Assembly: GCA_040904965.1 (NCBI GenBank)
Contig: JBBDSL010000004.1
Location: forward strand, 101-64,100
Length of the DNA stretch: 64,000 nt
Reading direction: 5' to 3'
Source of the DNA: Wenzhouxiangellaceae bacterium
GTDB lineage: Bacteria; Pseudomonadota; Gammaproteobacteria; Xanthomonadales; Wenzhouxiangellaceae
Each line of letters starts with the position of its first letter. Positions within the stretch are counted from its first letter, which is position 1. Of the stretch, positions 24,782 through 36,329 are shown piece by piece. Made by a program: the position numbers and the translations under genes. The notes under the pieces are model-generated. The model was given only the letters and a program-made list of their open reading frames with translations, searched no databases and was not told the origin of the DNA.

Positions 24782-25770
24782 TGGTCGATTTCCGGATCGT
24801 GCAGGTGACAGGCGACCCGGTGTGGCTGCCCATCTTGTCCCAGGTCGATTGTACGCGGGATGCGGCGCGCGCATACGGGCATGGCTTCAGGGCAGCGGGG
24901 ATGGAACGGACAGCCGGCGGGTGGGCGCAGCGGAGACGGCACGTCGCCTTGCAGAACCAGCCGCTTGCCTCGGTCGCCGGGGGTTGCCACCGGCACGGCG
25001 TCGAGCAGCGCCCGGGTGTACGGGTGTGCCGGCAGCGAGTAGATCCGATCGACCGGCGCGGTTTCGACAAGCTTGCCCAGGTACATGACGCCTACGAAGT
25101 GACTGACGTGCTGGACTACGGCCAGATCGTGCGAGATGAACACGAAGCTCAGGCCCAATCCGGCCTGCAGATCGGCCAGCAGGTTCAGCACCTGGGACTG
25201 GACTGAAACATCCAGCGCCGAGACCGCCTCGTCGGCGATGATCAGCTTCGGTTCGACCGCAAGTGCGCGGGCGATGCCGATGCGCTGCCTCTGGCCGCCG
25301 GAAAATTCGTGCGGGTAGCGATGGCGCGCTGTCGCGCCCAGTCCGACGATGTCGAGCAATTCCAGCACCCGGCGCTTGCGTTCGGTCGCATCGCCCGGAT
25401 GGTGCAGTGCGAGCGGTTCGTCCAGCGTCTGGCCCACGGTGCGGCGCGGCGAGAGCGATGCGTATGGATCCTGGAAGATCATCTGCATGTGCTTGCGCTG
25501 GCGCTTGAGTGCGGTCGCATCCAGCCCGGTGATCTCGGTGTTGTCGAGGATCACGCGCCCCGAGGTCGGCTCGATCAGGCGCAGGATGGACCGCCCCAGG
25601 GTCGATTTGCCGCAGCCGGATTCACCGACCAGTCCGAAGGTTTTTGCCCGTCCGACTTCGAACGAGACCCCGTCGACCGCGCGCAGCACTTCATTCGAAC
25701 GACGCAACAGCCCGCCTCGCACCGGGAAGTGCTTGCGCAGGTCGTGGACTTCCAGCATCGCAGCGGTCAT
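24778..25770 (-). CDS. peptide/nickel ABC transporter ATP-binding protein (OppF/DppF-like)
   Basis: Start trimmed to MTAAMLEVHDL (ATGA overlap with the upstream gene). Walker A GESGCGKST, signature FSGGQRQR. Confidence 0.85.
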   Translation of the reverse strand: MTAAMLEVHDLRKHFPVRGGLLRRSNEVLRAVDGVSFEVGRAKTFGLVGESGCGKSTLGRSILRLIEPTSGRVILDNTEITGLDATALKRQRKHMQMIFQDPYASLSPRRTVGQTLDEPLALHHPGDATERKRRVLELLDIVGLGATARHRYPHEFSGGQRQRIGIARALAVEPKLIIADEAVSALDVSVQSQVLNLLADLQAGLGLSFVFISHDLAVVQHVSHFVGVMYLGKLVETAPVDRIYSLPAHPYTRALLDAVPVATPGDRGKRLVLQGDVPSPLRPPAGCPFHPRCPEAMPVCARRIPRTIDLGQDGQPHRVACHLHDPEIDQ

Positions 25771-26756
25771 GACGGTTCCCGTTGGTTGCCGGCCGGGTGG
25801 AAGCAGGCCGCGTGCGATCGGCCCATTTGTTCCAGTGCCGGTTGACGTTGTCGGCACAGATCGTCGGCGTGGGCGCAGCGTGGCGCGAACCGGCACCCTT
25901 GGGGTAGCTCGGCCAGGTCGGGCACGGTGCCGGGGATGACCGGCAGGCGATCGGGCCGTTGCGGCCGTATTCGCGGGATGGCTTCGATCAGGGCCTGGGT
26001 GTATCGATGGCGGGGCGAATCAAAAAGCGCCGCTACCGGCGCCTGTTCGACCACCTGGCCGCAGTACATCACCAGTGCGCTGTCGCAGGTCTCGGCGACC
26101 ACGCCCAGGTCGTGCGTGATCAGGATCACCGCGGTGCCGAGTTCCTGCTGCAACGCCACGATCTGTTCGAGGACCTGGGCCTGGGTGGTCACATCCAGAG
26201 CCGTGGTCGGTTCGTCGGCGATCAGCAGCTTGGGTCGGCACGATAGCGCCATGGCAATCATGGCGCGCTGGCGCATGCCGCCGGAAAGCTCGTGCGGGTA
26301 TTCGTCGATTCGTTTTTCCGGCAGCGGGATGCCGACGCGCCGCAACATGTCGACGGCCCGGTCGCGCGCGGCGCGCCGCGACAATTGTTCGTGCCGCCGC
26401 AGTACCGCGATCATCTGTGCACCTATGGTGTAGACCGGGTTCAGGGCGGTCAGCGGTTCCTGGAAGATCATCGACAGTTCGGCCCCGCGAATGTGCCGCA
26501 GCCGTTTCTCGGGCAGGCGGGTCAACTCGGTGCCGGCCAGGCGCACCGAGCCCGATACAACCCGCCCGGCCGGCTGCGGCAGCAGTCCCATCAGCGCCAG
26601 GCTGGTGACCGATTTCCCGCAGCCGGATTCGCCGACGATGCCCAGCGTCTGGCCCGGCCGAATCTGAAACGAAACGCGGTCGACCGCACGCACTGATCCC
26701 TGGTCGTCGCTGAACTCGACGCACAGGTTCTCGACTTCGAGTAGCGGGCTCGTCAT
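25767..26756 (-). CDS. peptide/nickel ABC transporter ATP-binding protein (OppD/DppD-like)
   Basis: 329 aa. GESGCGKSVT, LSGGMRQR. Confidence 0.85.
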   Translation of the reverse strand: MTSPLLEVENLCVEFSDDQGSVRAVDRVSFQIRPGQTLGIVGESGCGKSVTSLALMGLLPQPAGRVVSGSVRLAGTELTRLPEKRLRHIRGAELSMIFQEPLTALNPVYTIGAQMIAVLRRHEQLSRRAARDRAVDMLRRVGIPLPEKRIDEYPHELSGGMRQRAMIAMALSCRPKLLIADEPTTALDVTTQAQVLEQIVALQQELGTAVILITHDLGVVAETCDSALVMYCGQVVEQAPVAALFDSPRHRYTQALIEAIPRIRPQRPDRLPVIPGTVPDLAELPQGCRFAPRCAHADDLCRQRQPALEQMGRSHAACFHPAGNQREPS

Positions 26757-26810
26757 GTCAGTGACAGCCGCGCGGGAAGGTGTGGGGGAAAGATTCGATA
26801 GGCGATTCGA

Positions 26811-26988
26811 CCGCAGATGAACGCAGATGAACGCAGATGATTATGCACAGAAGACAAAAAACCGTATGGGGTCCCCAGATACTGCCGATGAATTCCAACC
26901 GGGCAAGGCGCCATAACCTTCCGCAACGCTGATCTGCGAGTATGAAGGTCCTGTTTTTTAATCTGCGTTCATCTGCGTTCATCTGCGG
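26811..26988. repeat. hairpin element with tandem 10-mer arms (GATGAACGCA x3 / inverse)
   Basis: ccgcagatgaacgcagatgaacgcagatga at 26811-26840 and tctgcgttcatctgcgttcatctgcgg at 26962-26988, inside the ABC operon. Confidence 0.85.
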
Positions 26989-27039
26989 TTCCTTACGCCT
27001 TTGCTTTTGCGAACTTCGGTTTTAGTGAACGCGAGCGCA

Positions 27040-27957
27040 TCATCGCCCCGAGCGTTTCGGGTCCAGAGCGTCCTGGAGGCCGTCGGCGAACAGGTTGAAG
27101 CCCATGACCAGCGCGAACAAGAAGCTGGAGGCGACGATGAAGTTCATGTAGCGTCCCGCGGTCACTTCGGTGGTCGATTCGGCAATCATCAGACCCCAGC
27201 TCACGCTGTCCTGCACGCCCAGGCCGAGAAAGCTCAGGATCACCTCGGATTTGATCGCCGCGACGAACACGATGGTGGCCTGTACCAGCAGGATATGGAA
27301 GGTGTTGGGCACGATGTGGCGGCCGATGATGGTCAGCGGATGCAGTCCGATGGCGCGTGCGGCTTCGATGAATTCGAGGTTCTTGAGCTTGATCACCTCG
27401 CCGCGCACCAGTCGCGCGGTGGTGGTCCAGAACGTGGCGATCATCGCGATGTGCATGGCCCAGGGGTTGCCCTCCAGCGCAAAGGCAATCGCGGCGACGA
27501 ACAGGTAGAACGGAATCGAGTCCAGCACGCCTTTCAGCCACAGGATGACGCCGTCGACGATCGTGTGTGCGAAGTAACCGGAGAGTGCACCGAACAACGC
27601 ACCCAGAACGGTGGAGACCAGCGCCACGATCATGCCGATTTCGAATGCGGTGCGGGTGGAGAACAGCGCCCGGGCGAAGATGTCCTGGCCCAGGATGGTG
27701 GTGCCGAACCAGTGTTCGGCCGAAGGCGGCTGCCATTGCCCGCTGCCGGTTTCGGCCCAGTTGTCGCCCCACCAGCCCAGCCACGCGCCCAACGCGATGA
27801 CGAAGAACCCGGCCACCATCGCCAGCCCGGCGATGGCTGCACGGTCGGCGGCAAACCGGTCGATGGCGCGCCCCCACAATGAGTGGCGCGGCGGCTTTCG
27901 AACCGGCCCCAGGCGGGCGTCGGCGCCGGTATTCAGGTCCTGGACCGGAAGGCTCAT
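27040..27957 (-). CDS. ABC transporter permease (DppC/OppC-like)
   Basis: 305-aa multi-TM protein, stop/start coupled to the neighbouring permease gene. Confidence 0.8.
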   Translation of the reverse strand: MSLPVQDLNTGADARLGPVRKPPRHSLWGRAIDRFAADRAAIAGLAMVAGFFVIALGAWLGWWGDNWAETGSGQWQPPSAEHWFGTTILGQDIFARALFSTRTAFEIGMIVALVSTVLGALFGALSGYFAHTIVDGVILWLKGVLDSIPFYLFVAAIAFALEGNPWAMHIAMIATFWTTTARLVRGEVIKLKNLEFIEAARAIGLHPLTIIGRHIVPNTFHILLVQATIVFVAAIKSEVILSFLGLGVQDSVSWGLMIAESTTEVTAGRYMNFIVASSFLFALVMGFNLFADGLQDALDPKRSGR

Positions 27958-28916
27958 TTCAGCGACACCCTGCCCAGCGATACCCTGGGATCGAAGACCT
28001 TGTAGAGAATGTCGTTGACGATCAGGATCAGTACGAACAGCACCGCGGTCAGTCCGACCACGGCTTTCAGAATGGGTTGGTCGCCGGAAGTGATTGCGTC
28101 ATAGGTCACCTTGCCCACGCCCGGGATGCCGAAGTAGCTCTCGATCAGCAGGCTGCCGGATATCACGACCAGCGGGATGGAGAACATGACACGTGTGACG
28201 ATCGGGATCATGGCGTTCATCAGTACGTTCTTCCACAGGATCTCGACCGCGCCTGCGCCGAACGCGCGCGCCGTGCGCACATGGTCGCGGCCCATCTCCT
28301 CGACCAGCACCGCGCGGAAAAAGCGCGTGTTGTAGCCCAGCGTTACGAATACTGAGGCCAGCGTGGGAACGGTGACGTAATGCAGGTAGCTGGCCGGGCC
28401 GTAGACATTCCAGCCCCGGACCGGGAACCAGCCGAGGACCACGCCGAACAGAATCTGAAACGCGATGATCACGACCAGGAAACTGATCGACATGCCGACC
28501 ACGGCAAAGCTCATGATGGTCTTGTCGATCCAGCCGCCGCGGTGCCAGGCTGCGACCAGTCCGAGTACGATGCCGAGCAGGTTGCCGAGCACGAATCCGG
28601 GTGCGAGCAGCAAAAGCGAAACCGGCACGGTGCGCCCGAGAATGGAGCTGACCCGCTCGCCGGTCGAATCCGAATAACCGAACTCCAGCGTTGCCAGTTC
28701 CTTCAGATACTCACCGTAGCGGACCCAGAAGGGCTGGTCGTAGCCCAGTTGGGTGCGTACCTGTTCGATCTCCGCGGCGGTCGGGTTCTTGCTCAGCAGT
28801 TCATAGGTTTTGTCCGGACCGAAATAGACCATCAGCACGAAGCTGATCAGCGTCACGCCGATAATCAGCGGGATGCCGCCGACGAGTTTGCGCACGGTGT
28901 ACTGGAGGAATTCCAT
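27954..28916 (-). CDS. ABC transporter permease (DppB/OppB-like)
   Basis: 320 aa. MEFLQYTVRKLVGGIPLIIGVTLISF is the typical N-terminus. Confidence 0.8.
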   Translation of the reverse strand: MEFLQYTVRKLVGGIPLIIGVTLISFVLMVYFGPDKTYELLSKNPTAAEIEQVRTQLGYDQPFWVRYGEYLKELATLEFGYSDSTGERVSSILGRTVPVSLLLLAPGFVLGNLLGIVLGLVAAWHRGGWIDKTIMSFAVVGMSISFLVVIIAFQILFGVVLGWFPVRGWNVYGPASYLHYVTVPTLASVFVTLGYNTRFFRAVLVEEMGRDHVRTARAFGAGAVEILWKNVLMNAMIPIVTRVMFSIPLVVISGSLLIESYFGIPGVGKVTYDAITSGDQPILKAVVGLTAVLFVLILIVNDILYKVFDPRVSLGRVSLK

Positions 28917-28973
28917 CGTGCACGGAGATTAGCAGTCTTTTGCGCCGGGCACGAACCGGGCCCGGTCGGAATG

Positions 28974-30770
28974 TCACTCCCCGGACGCGCGATCGACGTC
29001 GACGAAGCGCATGAAGAATCCGCCCAGGATTTCCTGGTCGGGCAGCATGTGGACGTTTCTGTTCCAAAGATGGATGCGGGTGCGCGAAAGGCCGGATATG
29101 GCGACGCAGTCGTCGATGACCATGTCGTTCATCCGGCGGTACAGTTCGGTGCGTTCCGGACCCGGCTGCATGGTGGCGGCCTGATCGTAGAGGGCATCGA
29201 ACTCGGGGTTGCGGTAGTTGAAATTGTTCGAGCCGGGTGTTTCATACGGGCCGTAGAATAGCTGGAGGGTATTCTGCGCGTCTGGGTAGTCCAGCGTCCA
29301 GCCGAGAAAGAGTATGTCCAGCCTTCGGTTCTTCATTGCACGCGAGAAATCGCCGAAGGTGGCGAAGGTGTCGGCGTTGATCTTCTCCATCGGGAAGCCG
29401 AGCTCGACCAGCTGGGCGCGCAACTGCGCGTACATCTGGCGCTGCTGGACGCCCGATATCAGGCCGTAGTCAAGTTCGGGCAGGGTGTCGGCGGACCAGC
29501 CGTGCTCGGCCAGCAGCGCGCGCGCCCGATCCAGATCCCGCGTGACCGATTCACGCGATTTGTCCGGGTTGTATTCGGGCACCACCGGCGGGATCACGCC
29601 GGGAAAGATTTTGCCGATGCCGTAATAAAAGGTGTTGTTGCGGGCGTTCCAGTCGAAAGCACTGCGAATGGCGCAGCGCAGTGCGCGGTTGGCCTCGTCG
29701 CGGACCGGGTCTGGATGATGACCGAAACGCTCGTCGGCCATGTTGAATCCGGTGTAGACGAAACCGGCCTCGAGTCCGGCGTAACCGTGGTAGCGCTCGC
29801 GGATTCGCGGCTTGAACTCGACTGGATCGCGGCTGGCGAGTGCTGAATCGACCTGCTCGTTGGGCACGATGACGTTGTCGACTTCGCCGCTGGAAAACGC
29901 GCTCCAGCGCGCCGCGTTTTCCTGAATGAAGTGAATCTCCAGGCGGTCCGTGAACGGATAGGATTGACCGTCCAGATGTTGCAGGCCGAACTCGCCGTGC
30001 TGGTCGGCGTCGAAGCCTTCGGCAGCCAGGTCCAGCGGCTCGCGCCGGAAGTTCGGATTGCGCGCCAGGCGCGCAAGCGAGCTGTCGAACGACACCAGCC
30101 GGTACGGGCCCGAGCCAACGGGCTTGACCCCGAATTCGCGGCCGTAGTGCGCGACCGCCTCGCGCGGAACCAGTGCCGAGAAGCCGGTCGCCAGGGTGTA
30201 GACCAGCTGCGGATAGGGTTCGGTCAGCGTGATCTGCAAGGTGTGGTCGTCGATCACTTCCAGCCCCTCGACCGGCTCGTCATAGTCGGCTCCGTTCTCG
30301 CCCCAGGCATCCAGACCCCGGATGCGTCCGGCCCACAACCAGGCCCCCTGCGAGCGCTGCTCGGGATCGAAATGGCGCTTGAGCGAATACACCAGGTCGT
30401 GCATCGTGACGCCCCGGCCGTTGCCGTCGGGAAATGCGGGATCGTCGGCAAAGCGCGCGTCCGGGCGAATCCGGAACGTGTAGGTCAGACCGTCCCCGGA
30501 GACCTCGGGAAAGCCGGTTGCCAGGTTGGGCGCCAGTTCGTACGGACGGGCCAGGTACTTGTAGCGGTACAGCGTGTCGAACACGTTGACCACGACGACA
30601 CTGGAATAGACCGTGGCCGCCCGGGCCGGATCCAGCGTGCTGGGAGCGCCGTCGATCGAGTGCCGGTAGACGTTGCCGGCTTCGGCCGGCCCGGTGCCCG
30701 GATCGTTGCACGCGGCCAGGACCAGGGCGATAAGCACGGCTGCCGCTGAACGCATTGCGAAATCTCTCAT
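28974..30770 (-). CDS. ABC transporter substrate-binding lipoprotein (family 5, peptide/nickel)
   Basis: Start trimmed to MRDFAMRSAAAVLIALVLAAC (lipobox), with an upstream GGGAGGG. Confidence 0.75.
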   Translation of the reverse strand: MRDFAMRSAAAVLIALVLAACNDPGTGPAEAGNVYRHSIDGAPSTLDPARAATVYSSVVVVNVFDTLYRYKYLARPYELAPNLATGFPEVSGDGLTYTFRIRPDARFADDPAFPDGNGRGVTMHDLVYSLKRHFDPEQRSQGAWLWAGRIRGLDAWGENGADYDEPVEGLEVIDDHTLQITLTEPYPQLVYTLATGFSALVPREAVAHYGREFGVKPVGSGPYRLVSFDSSLARLARNPNFRREPLDLAAEGFDADQHGEFGLQHLDGQSYPFTDRLEIHFIQENAARWSAFSSGEVDNVIVPNEQVDSALASRDPVEFKPRIRERYHGYAGLEAGFVYTGFNMADERFGHHPDPVRDEANRALRCAIRSAFDWNARNNTFYYGIGKIFPGVIPPVVPEYNPDKSRESVTRDLDRARALLAEHGWSADTLPELDYGLISGVQQRQMYAQLRAQLVELGFPMEKINADTFATFGDFSRAMKNRRLDILFLGWTLDYPDAQNTLQLFYGPYETPGSNNFNYRNPEFDALYDQAATMQPGPERTELYRRMNDMVIDDCVAISGLSRTRIHLWNRNVHMLPDQEILGGFFMRFVDVDRASGE

Positions 30771-30939
30771 GATCTTGATGAAACCCTCCCTTCTTGAGTA
30801 TTCAGGGTAGCCGAAATCCCCGTTCCGATCGCGGCAGAGTCCGATCATATCACCTGAATTTCCGCAGGATTTCCGGTGCGCGCCCGCACGGAATTTATTG
30901 TCTTCCTGATCAGATGTGAACGCAGCTTTCAAAAGCGTA

Positions 30940-31034
30940 ACCGCAGATTACGCAGATGTACGCAGATTTATGAATGTATTAGTAAATATTCTGATAATCA
31001 GTAATCTGCGAGAATCCGTGTAATCTGCGGTTTC
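30940..31034. repeat. hairpin element of the cgcagat family
   Basis: aaccgcagattacgcagatgtacgcagat ... atctgcgagaatccgtgtaatctgcggtt. Confidence 0.7.
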
Positions 31035-31132
31035 ATGCGTTTCCGTCCGCATCATGGCTGAAATACATGGGTAACCAGGATAAAAAAACGCGGCCGTCGG
31101 GCCGCGTTTCTTGGTTTCGCTTGATGTCGCGG

Positions 31133-33157
<2,025 letters not shown>

Positions 33158-33492
33158 GCTTACTCCCTGCGATTATGTATTGGAATCGGGTTTTGGAATC
33201 GGGTTTTAGAATCGGTTTGGAAACGATCGACCTGCAATTATTGATCTGTAATTGAGCCAAAAGGCGCCGGCTGTCGCGCCGGGCGAGCCGATCCCGTCTG
33301 TGCGGCGATTGTCCGCTGCTCGTTGGTACGGTCGAAATTGTTTCGCGCATCGCGGCCCGACACGACGAAGAAAAAATAATCGCGCTATTTTAGCCGAACC
33401 GCGCACTGGGGATGCATTCGATTGCCGCCAGCTTGCCATCGGGCCGGACGATGCCGGATGATAGATGCATTCCATTTCCGGTTCGAGTCGAT

Positions 33493-34839
33493 ATGACAGC
33501 ACAAGCTGACCGTACCGCCGTCACATTGCCGCTGGCCGGTGGTTTCCGATTCGGCGACTGGACCGTGGTGCCGGGCGAGAACCTGATCCGGCAGGGCAGC
33601 CGCAAGGTGCGTCTGGAGCCCAAGGTCATGCGGTTGCTGCTTTCGCTGGTCGCGCGCCACAACCAGGTATGTACCCGCGACGAACTGCTCGACGAGCTCT
33701 GGCCGTCGCCGGAGACCACCGAAACCTCGCTGACCCGGGCGCTGAGCGAACTGCGTCGGGCGTTGGGCGATTCGCGCGGATCGGCACGCTATATCGAAAC
33801 CATCCAGCGTGTCGGTTACAAGGCGAGTGCCCCGCTGGCTCCACTGGCACCGAAGCCGCCGGGCACGCCGACCGACCCGTTCGGGCAAGCGCTGGACAGC
33901 GCCCGCGAGGTGGTGATTCTGGCCGATTACCTGATTGCCCGCCGGAACGCGCGCGATTTCGCCCATGCGATCGAACTGTTGAGCGAATTCGCCGAGCACG
34001 AGCCGCATCATGCCCAGGTGTTTGCGCTGCTGGCGTATGCCGAACGCATTCTGCCGTTGTACCGCGAGGAGCCGGCCGGATTGCGCACCGCCCAGGCCCG
34101 GGCGCACGCCGCCCAGGCACTGCGGCTCGACGGCGCCAACGGCCTGGCCTGGGCGGTGCTGGGCGGATTGGCCCACGACCAGTGGAACTGGAGCGAAGCG
34201 CGGCGGCAGTTCGAGCGCGCCGTATCTTATGCGCCGTTCGATGCCAACGTGCTGCACGACTACGCCGAGCTTCTGCTGCATCTCGGCGCGATCGGCCCGG
34301 CCCGTGAGTATCTCGAACGCGCTTGCCGGATCAAGCCGGTCTCGGCTGCCGAGCGCATGGTGCTGGCCTGGGTGTTGCTGCATTCCGATGTCGGCCAGGC
34401 CGGGCGGGAATTGCGCACCGCACGCAATCTGGGCGCCGATACGGTGTTCGTCGACAACCTGGACTGCTTGCTGTCGCGGCGCACGGGCTGGAACGAAACA
34501 GCGCTCCGGCACTGGGCCGAGCTCGATGCCCGGCGCTCCGGTGACCCGCTGTGGATGTGGCCGCGCGAGCTGATTGATGTGCTGAACAACGACGCGCCGC
34601 TCAACCGGCTGGAACCGCATGTTCGCGACCGGGTCGGGCGCGGTGCCCTGGACCCGGGCGTGGCGATGTTCATTCTTGCCGTCGCTGGCGCGCTTGATGC
34701 GGCCTTCGAGGTTGCCGCCAGCGCCATCGACGAGCGCCGGTTCTTCGTCGTCGATCCGTGGCTGGAAGAGACCCGCGCGTTTCGAGCCGATGCCCGCTTC
34801 GGGCAACTCGCGGCCCGCCTGGAGTTGCCGGCTACGTAA
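33493..34839 (+). CDS. winged-helix (CadC/OmpR-type) transcriptional regulator with TPR-like C-terminal region
   Basis: FRFGDWTVVPGENLIRQGSRKVRLEPKVMRLLLSLV..VCTRDELLDELW ... IETIQRVGYK. The start choice (MTAQADR) is uncertain. Confidence 0.65.
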   Translation: MTAQADRTAVTLPLAGGFRFGDWTVVPGENLIRQGSRKVRLEPKVMRLLLSLVARHNQVCTRDELLDELWPSPETTETSLTRALSELRRALGDSRGSARYIETIQRVGYKASAPLAPLAPKPPGTPTDPFGQALDSAREVVILADYLIARRNARDFAHAIELLSEFAEHEPHHAQVFALLAYAERILPLYREEPAGLRTAQARAHAAQALRLDGANGLAWAVLGGLAHDQWNWSEARRQFERAVSYAPFDANVLHDYAELLLHLGAIGPAREYLERACRIKPVSAAERMVLAWVLLHSDVGQAGRELRTARNLGADTVFVDNLDCLLSRRTGWNETALRHWAELDARRSGDPLWMWPRELIDVLNNDAPLNRLEPHVRDRVGRGALDPGVAMFILAVAGALDAAFEVAASAIDERRFFVVDPWLEETRAFRADARFGQLAARLELPAT

Positions 34840-34842
34840 TCG

Positions 34843-34917
34843 ACTCAGCCATGCCGAGACGGGGAAATGCGGGAACCGCAGATTACGCAGATTCTTGTTT
34901 TACCTGGAATGATTTTC
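34843..34917. repeat. ~75-nt dispersed element (second copy at 58159-58233)
   Basis: actc.gcca.gc.gagac.gg.aaa..cgggaaccgcagattacgcagatt.ttgttttacctggaatgatt.tc. Confidence 0.75.
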
Positions 34918-35015
34918 TTTGCGGCGATCCGCGACGCAGGGGTTTATTCACCCCGTCGTGGGTCCCGCCTCGCCGAAGACCACAATTTTTTCACGCCCGT
35001 GTAGTAATGTGCTAT

Positions 35016-35035
35016 TGTATTAACGTATTAATACA
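35016..35035 (+). promoter_or_regulatory. candidate operator: inverted repeat TGTATTAA-cgta-TTAATACA
   Basis: 8-nt arms, 20 nt upstream of the yerC-like start, in the only AT-rich patch of this intergenic region. Confidence 0.35.
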
Positions 35036-35055
35036 TCAACAACCATGAAGCCCCG

Positions 35056-35397
35056 ATGAAACAGCTCGACGAGCAGCACCTGAAGGCCAACCGGGCCGGC
35101 CGCAACAGCCTGGCCGAGGCATTCACGGCGATGAAAACCGCCGACGAGTGCCGTGCGCTGTTGCGCGATCTGACCACGCCAGCCGAGCTCGAGGCGCTGG
35201 TCGACCGTTGGCGCGTGGTCCAGTTGCTGGAGGCCGGATTGCCGTATCGCGAGATCCACGATCGAACCGGGGTCAGCGTGACCACCGTGGGGCGTGTCGC
35301 CCGGTTCCTGGAAATGGGCCACGGCGGCTACCGGCTGGCGCTGCACCGGCTTCAGGGCCGGGCGGTTGCCGATGAACCGGTTCAAGGAGAGCACTAA
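35056..35397 (+). CDS. YerC/YecD (TrpR-related) family protein
   Basis: 113 aa. ECRALLRDLTTPAELEALVDRWRVVQLLEAGLPYREIHDRTGVSVTTVGRVARFL. Confidence 0.75.
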   Translation: MKQLDEQHLKANRAGRNSLAEAFTAMKTADECRALLRDLTTPAELEALVDRWRVVQLLEAGLPYREIHDRTGVSVTTVGRVARFLEMGHGGYRLALHRLQGRAVADEPVQGEH

Positions 35398-35399
35398 GC

Positions 35400-36302
35400 A
35401 TGTCTGCCGAACAACCCCGAATCAAGATCGCCATCCAGAAATCCGGTCGGTTGTCCGATACCTCGTTGAAGCTGCTGGAGAAATCCGGCCTGCAGTTCGC
35501 GCGTAGCAAGGACAAGCTGTTCTGGTACGGTCGCAACCTGCCGGTGGATCTGTTGCTGGTGCGCGACGACGATATTCCGCGGCTGCTGCTCGAAGGCGTG
35601 TGCGAGCTGGGCATCGTCGGCGAAAACGTGGCCGTCGAAAAGCTGCTGGAAGCACGCAAGCGCCGCCCGGATGCGGATCTGGAAATGCTCGCACCGCTGG
35701 AGTTCGGCCACTGCAAGCTGATGCTGGCGCTGCCCGAGCGCGACGAATACACCGGCCCCGACCAGCTCGCCGGCAAGCGAATTGCAACAAATTACCCGCG
35801 CCTGACCCGGCGCTGGCTGCACGAAAACGGCGTGGAAGCCGATATCGTCGTGCTCAACGGTGCGGTCGAAATCGCGCCCAGTCTGGGCACTGCCGATGCC
35901 ATCGTCGACCTGGTCTCCACCGGCACCACGCTGCGCGCCAACCACCTGCGCGCAGTGACCACCGTGCTCGAAAGCCAGGCGGTCTTGTATCGCGGCAACT
36001 CGAAGCTGCCGCCGGAGCGCGAGGCGCTGCTCGACAAGCTGGTCCAGCGCGTCATGGGCGTGCAGCGTGCGGCTGAGACCAAGTACGTGATGCTGCACGC
36101 GCCCAGAGAAGCGCTGGCACGTATCAGTGCCATCCTGCCCGGCGCCGAAACCCCAACCGTGCTGCCGCTGGAAAGCCAGACCGACCGGGTCGCGGTGCAC
36201 GCCCTGTGCACCGAGCAGGTGTTCTGGGAGCACCTGGAAGAACTCAAGGCCGCCGGCGCCTCGGCCATTCTGGTGCTGCCGGTCGAGAAGATGCTGGCGT
36301 GA
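35400..36302 (+). CDS. hisG: ATP phosphoribosyltransferase (long form)
   Basis: 300 aa. IKIAIQKSGRLSD...LVSTGTTLRAN. Confidence 0.9.
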   Translation: MSAEQPRIKIAIQKSGRLSDTSLKLLEKSGLQFARSKDKLFWYGRNLPVDLLLVRDDDIPRLLLEGVCELGIVGENVAVEKLLEARKRRPDADLEMLAPLEFGHCKLMLALPERDEYTGPDQLAGKRIATNYPRLTRRWLHENGVEADIVVLNGAVEIAPSLGTADAIVDLVSTGTTLRANHLRAVTTVLESQAVLYRGNSKLPPEREALLDKLVQRVMGVQRAAETKYVMLHAPREALARISAILPGAETPTVLPLESQTDRVAVHALCTEQVFWEHLEELKAAGASAILVLPVEKMLA

Positions 36303-36329
36303 GGGGTTAGCGATGCGGAGCGAGAAACA

